Assembly (NCBI GenBank): GCA_046541515.1
Contig: JBKHDD010000005.1
Span: 647-64,646, forward strand
DNA length: 64,000 nucleotides
Source of the DNA: Desulfococcaceae bacterium
GTDB taxonomy: Bacteria > Desulfobacterota > Desulfobacteria > Desulfobacterales > Desulfococcaceae
Reading direction: 5' to 3'
Below the pieces are notes generated by a model, which was not told the DNA's origin, did not search any database, and saw nothing but the letters and a program-made list of their open reading frames with translations. The position numbers and the translations under genes are program-made. This document shows, piece after piece, positions 56,977-64,000 of this stretch (within the stretch, counting starts at the first letter, position 1; each line of letters begins with the position of its first letter).

Positions 56977-58590
56977 ATGGCTTTTCAAAATCCGTTTCCA
57001 CCGTTGTATGGCGTCCTGTCGGGGCTCGGCACGGGCCGAAAGATCGCCTTCGGCCTGCTGGCCGGCGGCGTCCTGGCCGCGCTGATCGCCCTGATTTTCT
57101 GGACCGGCCGCCCCGATTTTCGGCCTTTGTACACCGGCCTTTCCCCGGAAGACGCCGGGGCGGTGCTGGAACAATTGCGCGCCGAAAACATTCCCTATCG
57201 CATCGGGGAGGGCGGGACCATCCGGGTGCCGGCCGACCGCGTCTTCGAACTGACCATGACGCTGGCGGCCCGGGGGCTGCCCGCCGGGGGCGGCGTTGGC
57301 TTCGAAATTTTCGACGACGCCCGTCTGGGCATGACCGAGTTTGAACAAAACGTCCATTTTCAACGGGCCCTTCAGGGCGAGCTGGGCCGCACCATCCGCC
57401 GCTTCGACGAAGTGGAAGATTGCCGGGTCCATATCGCCATGGCCTCCCGCTCCCTGTTTCTGGAGCAGGAGGAGCCGGCCACGGCCTCGGTGATCGTGCG
57501 CACCGTTCCGGGACGGCGATTGTCGAAGAGCCAGGTGCGGAGCATCGTGCACCTTCTGGCCACCAGCGTCCAGGGGCTTTCTCCCGAAGGCGTCACCGTG
57601 GTGGACGCCGACGGGACGTTGCTGTCGGGGCCGGAGAGCGTCGGCGGCGGCGAGGGGGAAGACGGCCGCTTGAGTCTCCAGCGGCGGATGGAGAATTCCT
57701 TGGAGCTTCGGGTGCGGACCTTGCTGGACGAGGTCCTGGGGCCGAACCGTTCCATCGTGCGGGTTTCCGCGGAGCTGGACTTTACCCGGCAGGAAACCAC
57801 CGAAGAACGGTTCGATCCGGAAACCGTGCCCCGCAGCCGCCAAGTCTCGCGCACCGGCGGCACCGGCCCGGCCGGTCTGGCCGCCGGGGTGCCCGGCGTG
57901 TTGTCCAACATGACCGACACCGCCGCCGAGGAGGCCGCCGAGACGGGACCGTCGGCCTTTACCCGGGAAGAGGAAACCATCAATTACGAGGTGGGCCGGA
58001 CGACCCGGCGCACCGTGGCGCCGGTGGGCCGCATTCGGCGGCTGTCCGTGGCCGTGGCGGTGGACGGGACCTGGCAGGCGGCGGAGGCCCCCCCCGAGGC
58101 TCCCCCCGAGGCCCCCGAAGACGCCCCGCCGCCGGAGCCGGTCTACGTGGCCCGGAGCGCCGACGAACTCGAAACCTTGACCCGGCTGGTGGAGCGGGCG
58201 GTGAATTTTGATCCCGAGCGGGGCGACCGGGTGGAGGTTGCCAACCTTCCCTTCGCCCCCGCGGCCCCGGCCATCGCCGACGAGACGCCCGACCCGGGCT
58301 GGCCCTTGGCGATTCGACCCTTTCTTCCGTTGCTGAAATACCTGGCCGCCGGATTCCTTGTGCTGCTCTTGTTCTTCGTGGTGGTCCGTCCCCTGGTGAA
58401 ATGGGTCACCGGCGCCCCGCCGGTGGACGCCCGGCTGCTGAAGCAGCTCCCCATGACCGTCAACGAGTTGGAGCGTCGGGTGGACCCGGCCGGGCTTCCC
58501 GCGCCCGCCGGGACCGATCTCAATCGGGCCGTTTCCGGGGATCGCGAACAGGCCCTGCGGCTGATCCGGCGATGGATGGCGGAGGAATAG
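56977..58590 (+). CDS. fliF: flagellar MS-ring protein FliF
   Basis: TM IAFGLLAGGVLAALIALIFW, then RPDFRPLYTGLSPEDAGAVLEQLRAENIPYRI..., RLGMTEFEQNVHFQRALQGELGRTI, a C-terminal TM and a FliG-binding tail. Confidence 0.95.
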   Translation: MAFQNPFPPLYGVLSGLGTGRKIAFGLLAGGVLAALIALIFWTGRPDFRPLYTGLSPEDAGAVLEQLRAENIPYRIGEGGTIRVPADRVFELTMTLAARGLPAGGGVGFEIFDDARLGMTEFEQNVHFQRALQGELGRTIRRFDEVEDCRVHIAMASRSLFLEQEEPATASVIVRTVPGRRLSKSQVRSIVHLLATSVQGLSPEGVTVVDADGTLLSGPESVGGGEGEDGRLSLQRRMENSLELRVRTLLDEVLGPNRSIVRVSAELDFTRQETTEERFDPETVPRSRQVSRTGGTGPAGLAAGVPGVLSNMTDTAAEEAAETGPSAFTREEETINYEVGRTTRRTVAPVGRIRRLSVAVAVDGTWQAAEAPPEAPPEAPEDAPPPEPVYVARSADELETLTRLVERAVNFDPERGDRVEVANLPFAPAAPAIADETPDPGWPLAIRPFLPLLKYLAAGFLVLLLFFVVVRPLVKWVTGAPPVDARLLKQLPMTVNELERRVDPAGLPAPAGTDLNRAVSGDREQALRLIRRWMAEE

Positions 58591-58591
58591 C

Positions 58592-59578
58592 ATGAACGCG
58601 TCGACGGTGAGCGGCCCGCTCAAGGCGGCGGTGCTGTTGCGGAATCTCGATCCGGTCACGGCCCGGGATCTGACCGAGGGGCTGACCGATTTGGAGCGGC
58701 GGATTCTGGAGGCGAAGGCGGCCGAAGCGGATCGGCTTTCGCCGGAATTGGCCCGATCGGTGTTGGAGGAGTTTTATTCGCTGATGGGAATCGAGACGGA
58801 ATCGACTTCGGGAGGATCCCATGGCTTCGCCGGCGGGGAATCGTTCGCCGGGGGCGGTTCCTTTGGGTCGAACCGGTCGATGGGAGGCGGACTGGCGAGG
58901 CTCCAGGCCAAGGATCCGGAGGAACTGGCGTCCCTGATCCGGGAAGAACATCCCCAGACCGTGGCCATCGTTTTGGCCCAGCTTCCGCCGCAAAAGGCCG
59001 GGGCGGTGCTGGAATCGCTCCCGGAGGAGACCCGGACCGAAGTGGCGGTGCGGATCGCCACCTCCGGAAAGTACGCGGGCGAGATGGTGGAGGAGATGGA
59101 AACGGTCTTCGAGGAGATTCTCCGCCAGAAGGAGACCGCACCCTCCGGCGACCCCGGCGGGGCCGAGCGGCTGGCGGAAATCCTCAATCAGCTCGACAAG
59201 GCCGCCGTGCGGTCGGTCATGGGCGAAATCGAGCGCATGGACGAGGTGTTGGCCGCCCGGATCAAACAGATGATGTTCGTCTTCGACGACGTGGTGCTGG
59301 TGGACGACCGGGGATTCCAGGATGTGCTTCGGCGGGTGGAAACCCGGGACCTGGCCGTGGCGCTCAAGGCCGCGTCCGAGGAAATCCGGGACAAGGTCTT
59401 CCGCAATTTGTCGGCCCGGGCCGGCGACATGCTCCGGGAGGAAATGGACAACCTGGGGCCCGTCCGGATGAAGGACGTGGAAGCGGCCCAGCAGCTCATT
59501 TTGGGCCAAATTCAGGAGATGGAAGCCCAGGGCAACCTGGTGATCCGACGCGGCGGCGGCGATGAATACGTCGAGTGA
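58592..59578 (+). CDS. fliG: flagellar motor switch protein FliG
   Basis: Contains GPLKAAVLLRNL.., EEHPQTVAIVLAQLPPQKAGAVLESLPEETRTEVAVRIAT, MMFVFDDVVLVDDRGFQDVLRRVETRDLAVALKAASEEIRDKVFRNLSARAGDMLREEMDNLGPVR. Confidence 0.95.
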   Translation: MNASTVSGPLKAAVLLRNLDPVTARDLTEGLTDLERRILEAKAAEADRLSPELARSVLEEFYSLMGIETESTSGGSHGFAGGESFAGGGSFGSNRSMGGGLARLQAKDPEELASLIREEHPQTVAIVLAQLPPQKAGAVLESLPEETRTEVAVRIATSGKYAGEMVEEMETVFEEILRQKETAPSGDPGGAERLAEILNQLDKAAVRSVMGEIERMDEVLAARIKQMMFVFDDVVLVDDRGFQDVLRRVETRDLAVALKAASEEIRDKVFRNLSARAGDMLREEMDNLGPVRMKDVEAAQQLILGQIQEMEAQGNLVIRRGGGDEYVE

Positions 59579-60296
59579 CGACTTCCGGCCCGGCTTCTCC
59601 CCCGATTCGTCGGGGGAATCCGAGGAATCGGCGACGCCCCGTCCCTTTCGGTTTCCGGATTTGGAACGGGTTTCCATTCCCGTTTCGCTTCCGGAGGACG
59701 GGTTTTCCCCCCTCCGGTTCGCCTCGGGTCGGGAACTTCGGCCGGGGACGCCCGGACCCGAGGAAGTCCGGCGGCGCGAGGCGGAACGGGAAGTCGCCGC
59801 GGCCCGGGCCGAAGCCGAGGCCCTCCGCGCGGAGGCCCGGGAACAGGGGTTCGCCGAGGGCCGGGAAGCGGCCGAGGCCGGGGCGGCCGAGTTGCTTGGG
59901 CAGTTAAACGAGGCCTTGAACGAACTTCACGCCCGACGGGAAGCCCTCCTTCGGCAGGCGGAGCGGGGCGCGGTGGCCCTTGCCCTGACCATCGCCCGGC
60001 GCGTGGTGGCGCGGGAAGTTTCGGCGGACCCGGAACTGGTCCGGGGCGTCGTCGCGGAAACCTTGGGCGAAATGGATCATTCCGATCAATTGACGATCCG
60101 GGTTCATCCCGACGCGGTGACCGTTCTGAACCCGGAGCAAATCGCCGCCCGGGCCGGGCTGGAATCGGTGGCCGTTCTTCCCGACGCCGCGGTCTCTCCC
60201 GGCGGATGCCGGCTGGAGACCGGGCTGGGCGAGCTGGACGCCCGAATGGAAACCCGGCTGGCGGAAATCGCCAAGGCCCTGGAGGCCCGATTGTGA
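59562..60296 (+). CDS. fliH: flagellar assembly protein FliH
   Basis: Charged coiled-coil REAEREVAAARAEAEALRAEAREQGFAEGREAAEAGAAELL, then ..ALALTIARRVVAREVSADPELV..IRVHPDAV... Position between fliG and fliI. Overlaps fliG by 17 nt. Confidence 0.8.
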   Translation: MNTSSDDFRPGFSPDSSGESEESATPRPFRFPDLERVSIPVSLPEDGFSPLRFASGRELRPGTPGPEEVRRREAEREVAAARAEAEALRAEAREQGFAEGREAAEAGAAELLGQLNEALNELHARREALLRQAERGAVALALTIARRVVAREVSADPELVRGVVAETLGEMDHSDQLTIRVHPDAVTVLNPEQIAARAGLESVAVLPDAAVSPGGCRLETGLGELDARMETRLAEIAKALEARL

Positions 60297-60306
60297 GGGA
60301 ACGGCG

Positions 60307-61608
60307 TTGAGCGACCTGGACCTCTCCCGTTTTCACGACGCGGTGATGGAACGCCCTCCCATTCGGCCTGCGGGGCGCGTCATGCGCGTGGCGGGCCTCA
60401 CCGTGGAGGCCAGCGGCCCGCCGGTTCCGGTGGGCGGCCTTTGCCGCCTGGAGCCGGGCATCCGTGCCGAGGCGGTGGGCTTCCGGGAAGGCCGCCTGTT
60501 GCTCATGCCCCTGGAGCCGCTCCAGGGCGTCTACCCCGGCGGACGGGTGTTCGCGGAGGAAGCGCAGGCGGGCGTCCCCGTGGGCGAGGGCCTGCTGGGG
60601 CGCGTGCTGGACGGGCTGGGCGCGCCCACCGACGACCGGGGACCGATCCGAACCGAGGGCCGCTATCCTCTGTACGCCGACGCGGTCAACCCGTTGCTCC
60701 GCCGCCGCATTCGGGAACCGCTGGAAACCGGCGTCCGGGCCATCGACGCGCTAACGACCCTGGGCCGGGGCCAACGAATGGGCATCTTCGCCGGTTCCGG
60801 CGTGGGCAAAAGCGCGCTGCTGGGGATGATCGCCCGCAACTGCGCCGCCGACGTCAACGTGGTGGCGCTCATCGGCGAGCGGGGCCGGGAGCTGAACGAT
60901 TTTCTGGAGCGGGACCTGGGGCCGGAAGGGATGGCCCGGTCGGTGGTGGTGGTGGCCACCTCGGATCAACCGGCGCTTATCCGGATGCGGGCCGCCTGGA
61001 CCGCCGCGGCGGTGGCCGAATATTTCCGGGACCGGGGCCGGCAGGTGTTGCTGATGATGGATTCGCTCACCCGGTTCGCCATGGCCGGGCGGGAGGTGGG
61101 GCTGGCCGCCGGAGAACCGCCCACCAGCAAGGGCTACACGCCGTCCATCTTCGCCGCCCTGCCCCGGCTGCTGGAGCGGGCCGGCAACGGCGCGGGGCCT
61201 GGGGGAATCACCGGGCTGTACACCGTGCTGGTGGAGGGAGACGATCCCAACGAACCCATCGCCGACGCGGCCCGGGGCATTCTGGACGGCCATCTCTGGC
61301 TGACCCGGGAACTGGCGGCCCGGAATCACTATCCCGCCATCGACGTGCTGGAAAGCGTCAGCCGGACCATGCCCGACACGGCGACCCCGGAACACCGGGC
61401 CCTGGCGGGCCGCCTGCGTTCCACCCTGGCGGTCTACCGCCGCGCCGAAGATCTGATCGCCGTGGGCGCCTACAGCAAGGGCGGGAGCCGGGAAATCGAC
61501 GAGGCCATTCGAAGAATCGACCGGATCAACGCCTTCCTTCGCCAGGACATGGCCGAATCGTCTTCGTTGGCGGATACGATGAAGGCGCTGGAGGCCATTT
61601 TCGTCTAA
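60307..61608 (+). CDS. fliI: flagellum-specific ATPase FliI
   Basis: TTG start in the track. Walker A GIFAGSGVGKSALLGMI and Walker B VLLMMDSLTRFA, plus SITGLYTVLVEGDD-type segment (ITGLYTVLVEGDDPNEPIADAARGILDGHLWL..HYPAIDVLESVSR). Confidence 0.95.
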   Translation: MSDLDLSRFHDAVMERPPIRPAGRVMRVAGLTVEASGPPVPVGGLCRLEPGIRAEAVGFREGRLLLMPLEPLQGVYPGGRVFAEEAQAGVPVGEGLLGRVLDGLGAPTDDRGPIRTEGRYPLYADAVNPLLRRRIREPLETGVRAIDALTTLGRGQRMGIFAGSGVGKSALLGMIARNCAADVNVVALIGERGRELNDFLERDLGPEGMARSVVVVATSDQPALIRMRAAWTAAAVAEYFRDRGRQVLLMMDSLTRFAMAGREVGLAAGEPPTSKGYTPSIFAALPRLLERAGNGAGPGGITGLYTVLVEGDDPNEPIADAARGILDGHLWLTRELAARNHYPAIDVLESVSRTMPDTATPEHRALAGRLRSTLAVYRRAEDLIAVGAYSKGGSREIDEAIRRIDRINAFLRQDMAESSSLADTMKALEAIFV

Positions 61609-61720
61609 GGCCATTCGCGGGAAAATTTATACTCCCAGAAAGACGAGCGCCCCGCTTCGAGCCCAAATGGGCGAATGCGATTCGCCCGCGATTTTGGATT
61701 AAATTGAACGGGATTGGGTG
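61609..61720. repeat. miniature repeat element copy inserted in the fliI-fliJ spacer
   Basis: Perfect central hairpin GGGCGAAT-gcg-ATTCGCCC at 61669-61687. The flanking ..CGCGGGAAAATTT.. and ..GATTTTGGATTAAATTGAACGGGATTGG resemble the ends of the 808 and 6948 copies. Confidence 0.65.
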
Positions 61721-61866
61721 CAAGGCGATTGGCGGAAGGAAATCAAACCGTTCGGAGTTTCGCCTTCAGGCGGCTCCGCGTCGAGGCGTTCCGCATTTCC
61801 GGAGCGTCCGTTCCGTCCAACGCCGGTACGCCAAGCTCGACAGTGCAAGATTAAAAAAGGAATTTC

Positions 61867-62331
61867 ATGTTTCAATTCCGGCTGGCGCCCCTGCTTCGGC
61901 TGCGGGAAGCGGAAGAGGAAAAACGGAAGCACGCCCTGGCGGAAGCCCTGGCCCGCCGGGACCGAGGACGGGAACGGCTCGCGGTCTTGGAAGCGGAGCG
62001 CGGCCGTTGCCGCCAACGGCTGGCCAAGGAGGGCGCCGCCATGGATTTCCGGGAGCGGAGCCTGTTCGGCGGCTATTTCCAGCGCCTGGCCCGGGAGGCC
62101 GAAACGGTCCAACGGGACATCGAAGCGGCGGAGGCGGACGTGGCCCGGCGGCAGGGGCGGCTGGCGGAGGCCGCCCGGGACCGGCAGATTCTGGAACGGC
62201 TGCGGGAGCGGCAGCGGACGGCCCACCATCGCGCGGAACTTCGGCGGGAGCTGACCCAACTGGACGAACTGGCCGTCCTCGGTTTCGGCCGACGGCGGAC
62301 CGAGGAGGAACGCGAATGCAAATCGACCTGA
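61867..62331 (+). CDS. fliJ: flagellar export chaperone FliJ
   Basis: 154-aa all-helical, Arg/Glu-rich protein. N-terminus MFQFRLAPLLRLREAEEEKRKHALAEAL.. is typical of FliJ. Position after fliI. Confidence 0.78.
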   Translation: MFQFRLAPLLRLREAEEEKRKHALAEALARRDRGRERLAVLEAERGRCRQRLAKEGAAMDFRERSLFGGYFQRLAREAETVQRDIEAAEADVARRQGRLAEAARDRQILERLRERQRTAHHRAELRRELTQLDELAVLGFGRRRTEEERECKST

Positions 62332-63380
62332 TCACCCTGTTTTCCAAACTGTCTCCCCCGTCCGGCGGCGCCGCGCCGTTGGCGGCGAAGGGCGCGGAGG
62401 GCGGTTTTTTGGCGGCGATTTTGGAGATGGCCGGCGAGATGGGGCTGCCCCCCGGCGAACTGGCGAATCTGGCCGCCGCCCCGGACGGCGGGGCCCTTTT
62501 GGAACGGCTTGCCCGGCTGGCCAACGGCGAGGAAACGGCGGCGGCGACGGCGGTTCCCTTCCTATCGGAAATCCCGGACGACGGGGAAATCGGCGCGCTT
62601 CTTCCCGACGGGCGGGGGGTCCCCGAGGAAGCGCCGTCAAGGCCCGTTAAGGAAACGGAATGGGAACCGGAAGCGGACGCCGCCTTCGACCTGCCGGAGG
62701 ATTCTTTCATGGACGAACTTCTTCCGCCCGTTTCCGCGCCGCGGCCCGAAACCCCGCCGCCGGGACCGGTTCTTCCGATCACCGGCGATTCAAGTTCTCC
62801 GAACCCGGCGGAAATCGGAGCGTTGGAAACGGAGGCCGTCGAACCGCCGGCCCCAACGCTCCGTTCGGCGCCAAGCATGGAGACCCAATCCGTCCGGCCC
62901 GCGGGGACCCCGCCGGTTTCGACCGCCCCCGCCCTTTCCGCCGCGCCGGAATCGGCCGAAGTCCTGGCCCAAGTGGGCGACCGGGTCCGGATGATCCTGC
63001 GGGAAGGGCGTTCGGAAATCCGCATGTCTCTTGAGCCGCCGGAGCTGGGAAGCGTTCGGGTCCACATTGCCGCGGAACACGGCCATGTCACCGTCCGGAT
63101 GATCGCCGAAATGCCGGCGGTCCGGGATGTCCTTGAAAACGGCCTGCCCCAGCTTCGCGCCGGACTGGAGAGCGGCGGCCTGGACGTGGACGGCTTCGAG
63201 GTGCTCGTGTCGGACAACGGCGCGGGTCAGCCCGACGGCTTTGCCGGGTTCGACCGGGGAAACCGGCCGGAGGCCGACGACCTGCCGTTTGACGGCGATG
63301 GCGACGAAATCCCATCGTCCCCATCCGCCCCCCGCCAGGTCCGTTCCGCGCGAACCGGCGGCATCGACTACTTCGCCTGA
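62316..63380 (+). CDS. fliK: flagellar hook-length control protein FliK
   Basis: ATG at 62316 overlaps the fliJ end by 16 nt. Pro/Ala-rich middle, then a C-terminal Flg_hook-type domain EIRMSLEPPELGSVRVHIAAEHGHVTVRMIAEMPAVRDVLENGLPQLRAGLESGGLDVDGFEV. This is the last third of the long track ORF 60441..63380. Confidence 0.78.
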   Translation: MQIDLITLFSKLSPPSGGAAPLAAKGAEGGFLAAILEMAGEMGLPPGELANLAAAPDGGALLERLARLANGEETAAATAVPFLSEIPDDGEIGALLPDGRGVPEEAPSRPVKETEWEPEADAAFDLPEDSFMDELLPPVSAPRPETPPPGPVLPITGDSSSPNPAEIGALETEAVEPPAPTLRSAPSMETQSVRPAGTPPVSTAPALSAAPESAEVLAQVGDRVRMILREGRSEIRMSLEPPELGSVRVHIAAEHGHVTVRMIAEMPAVRDVLENGLPQLRAGLESGGLDVDGFEVLVSDNGAGQPDGFAGFDRGNRPEADDLPFDGDGDEIPSSPSAPRQVRSARTGGIDYFA

Positions 63381-63418
63381 ACGGGGCGCGACTTCGCCGT
63401 TCCCGGGAAAGGAAACCC

Positions 63419-64000
63419 ATGGACATCACGCCCGTTTCCCCGGCCGCAACCGGGACCACCGAAACCCGTTCGTCCCGGCGGAATTCCCTCGGCCAGGATG
63501 ATTTTCTGAATCTGCTCATCACCCAGCTTCGGGCCCAGGACCCGCTGAATCCCATGGACGGCGCCGAGTTCACGGCCCAGCTCGCCCAATTCAACAGTCT
63601 GGAACAGCTCATGGACGTGAACCGAGGCATCGAGCGGCTGGAAGCGGCGGTCGGCCAGGGCCGTCAGTTGGACGCGGCGAACTTGATCGGCAAGAAGGCC
63701 CGGGTGGAAGGAGGCCGCCTTCAGCTGACCGACGGCGAGGGAGCGGTTCTTTCCTTTTCCCTTTCCGGGGAGGCCGCCGGCGTCTTCGGCGCGGTGTACG
63801 ACGCCGCCAACCGGTACGTGGCCACCGTGGAAGGGGGGCCGACTCCGGCCGGCGAGGCCCAACTGGAATGGGATGGAACCGACGACGCCGGAAACCCCAT
63901 GCCCCCGGGTTCCTACCGCTTCGAGGCGATGGCGGTGGACGCGGCGGGGAATTCCGTTCCCGCCGCGCCGTTCCACCAGGCCGAAATCACCGGCGTCGCC
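63419..64000 (+). CDS. flgD: flagellar hook capping/assembly protein FlgD (3' end beyond window)
   Basis: ATG at 63419. Translation MDITPVSPAATG..LGQDDFLNLLITQLRAQDPLNPMDGAEFTAQLAQFNSLEQLMDVN.. is the canonical FlgD N-domain, and the frame stays open to the window end. It is absent from the ORF track because no stop is reached. Confidence 0.9.
   Translation, partial: MDITPVSPAATGTTETRSSRRNSLGQDDFLNLLITQLRAQDPLNPMDGAEFTAQLAQFNSLEQLMDVNRGIERLEAAVGQGRQLDAANLIGKKARVEGGRLQLTDGEGAVLSFSLSGEAAGVFGAVYDAANRYVATVEGGPTPAGEAQLEWDGTDDAGNPMPPGSYRFEAMAVDAAGNSVPAAPFHQAEITGVA

Noticed and set aside
60441-62315. N-terminal two-thirds of the 979-aa ORF 60441..63380.
   Set aside because: It is an out-of-frame read-through across fliI, the repeat spacer and fliJ, and its translation is Arg/Gly/Pro-rich. 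Only the last part, from the ATG at 62316, is protein-like (FliK).

Overview
GC-rich bacterial chromosome segment. Gene content resembles a flagellated deltaproteobacterium (Desulfobacterota-like), but taxonomy cannot be proven from the sequence alone. About 48 CDS are supportable; no rRNA, tRNA or CRISPR array was seen. Left to right: (1) a long low-GC non-coding leader, then a ~1590-aa lipoprotein built from ~17 Ig-like (Big_2-type) repeats plus a polytopic membrane partner; (2) an MFP-RND-TetR efflux operon; (3) prfC; (4) a chemosensory neighbourhood with a REC-NrtA-like-CheW fusion, three Cache-type MCPs, a CheY-CheC fusion, a PAS-GGDEF protein, a Cache hybrid kinase and a REC-kinase, split by a small more AT-rich islet carrying a transposase remnant and an AAA/PD-(D/E)XK ATPase; (5) an EEP-family lipoprotein; (6) ettA; (7) a five-gene peptide/nickel-type ABC importer; (8) a ~12.7-kb same-strand block of REC-HD-GYP, motA, motB, an NtrC-type activator, a sigma54 activator lacking a regulatory domain, REC-STAS and four REC-linked kinase or pseudokinase genes; (9) divergently, flgBC-fliEFGHIJK-flgD. 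The most notable observations are the REC-rich sigma54/STAS/multikinase cassette, the REC-NrtA-CheW fusion, three sigma54-type promoter matches, and a dispersed miniature repeat family with terminal inverted repeats and a conserved central hairpin (at least 6 copies, all intergenic, one inside the flagellar operon).
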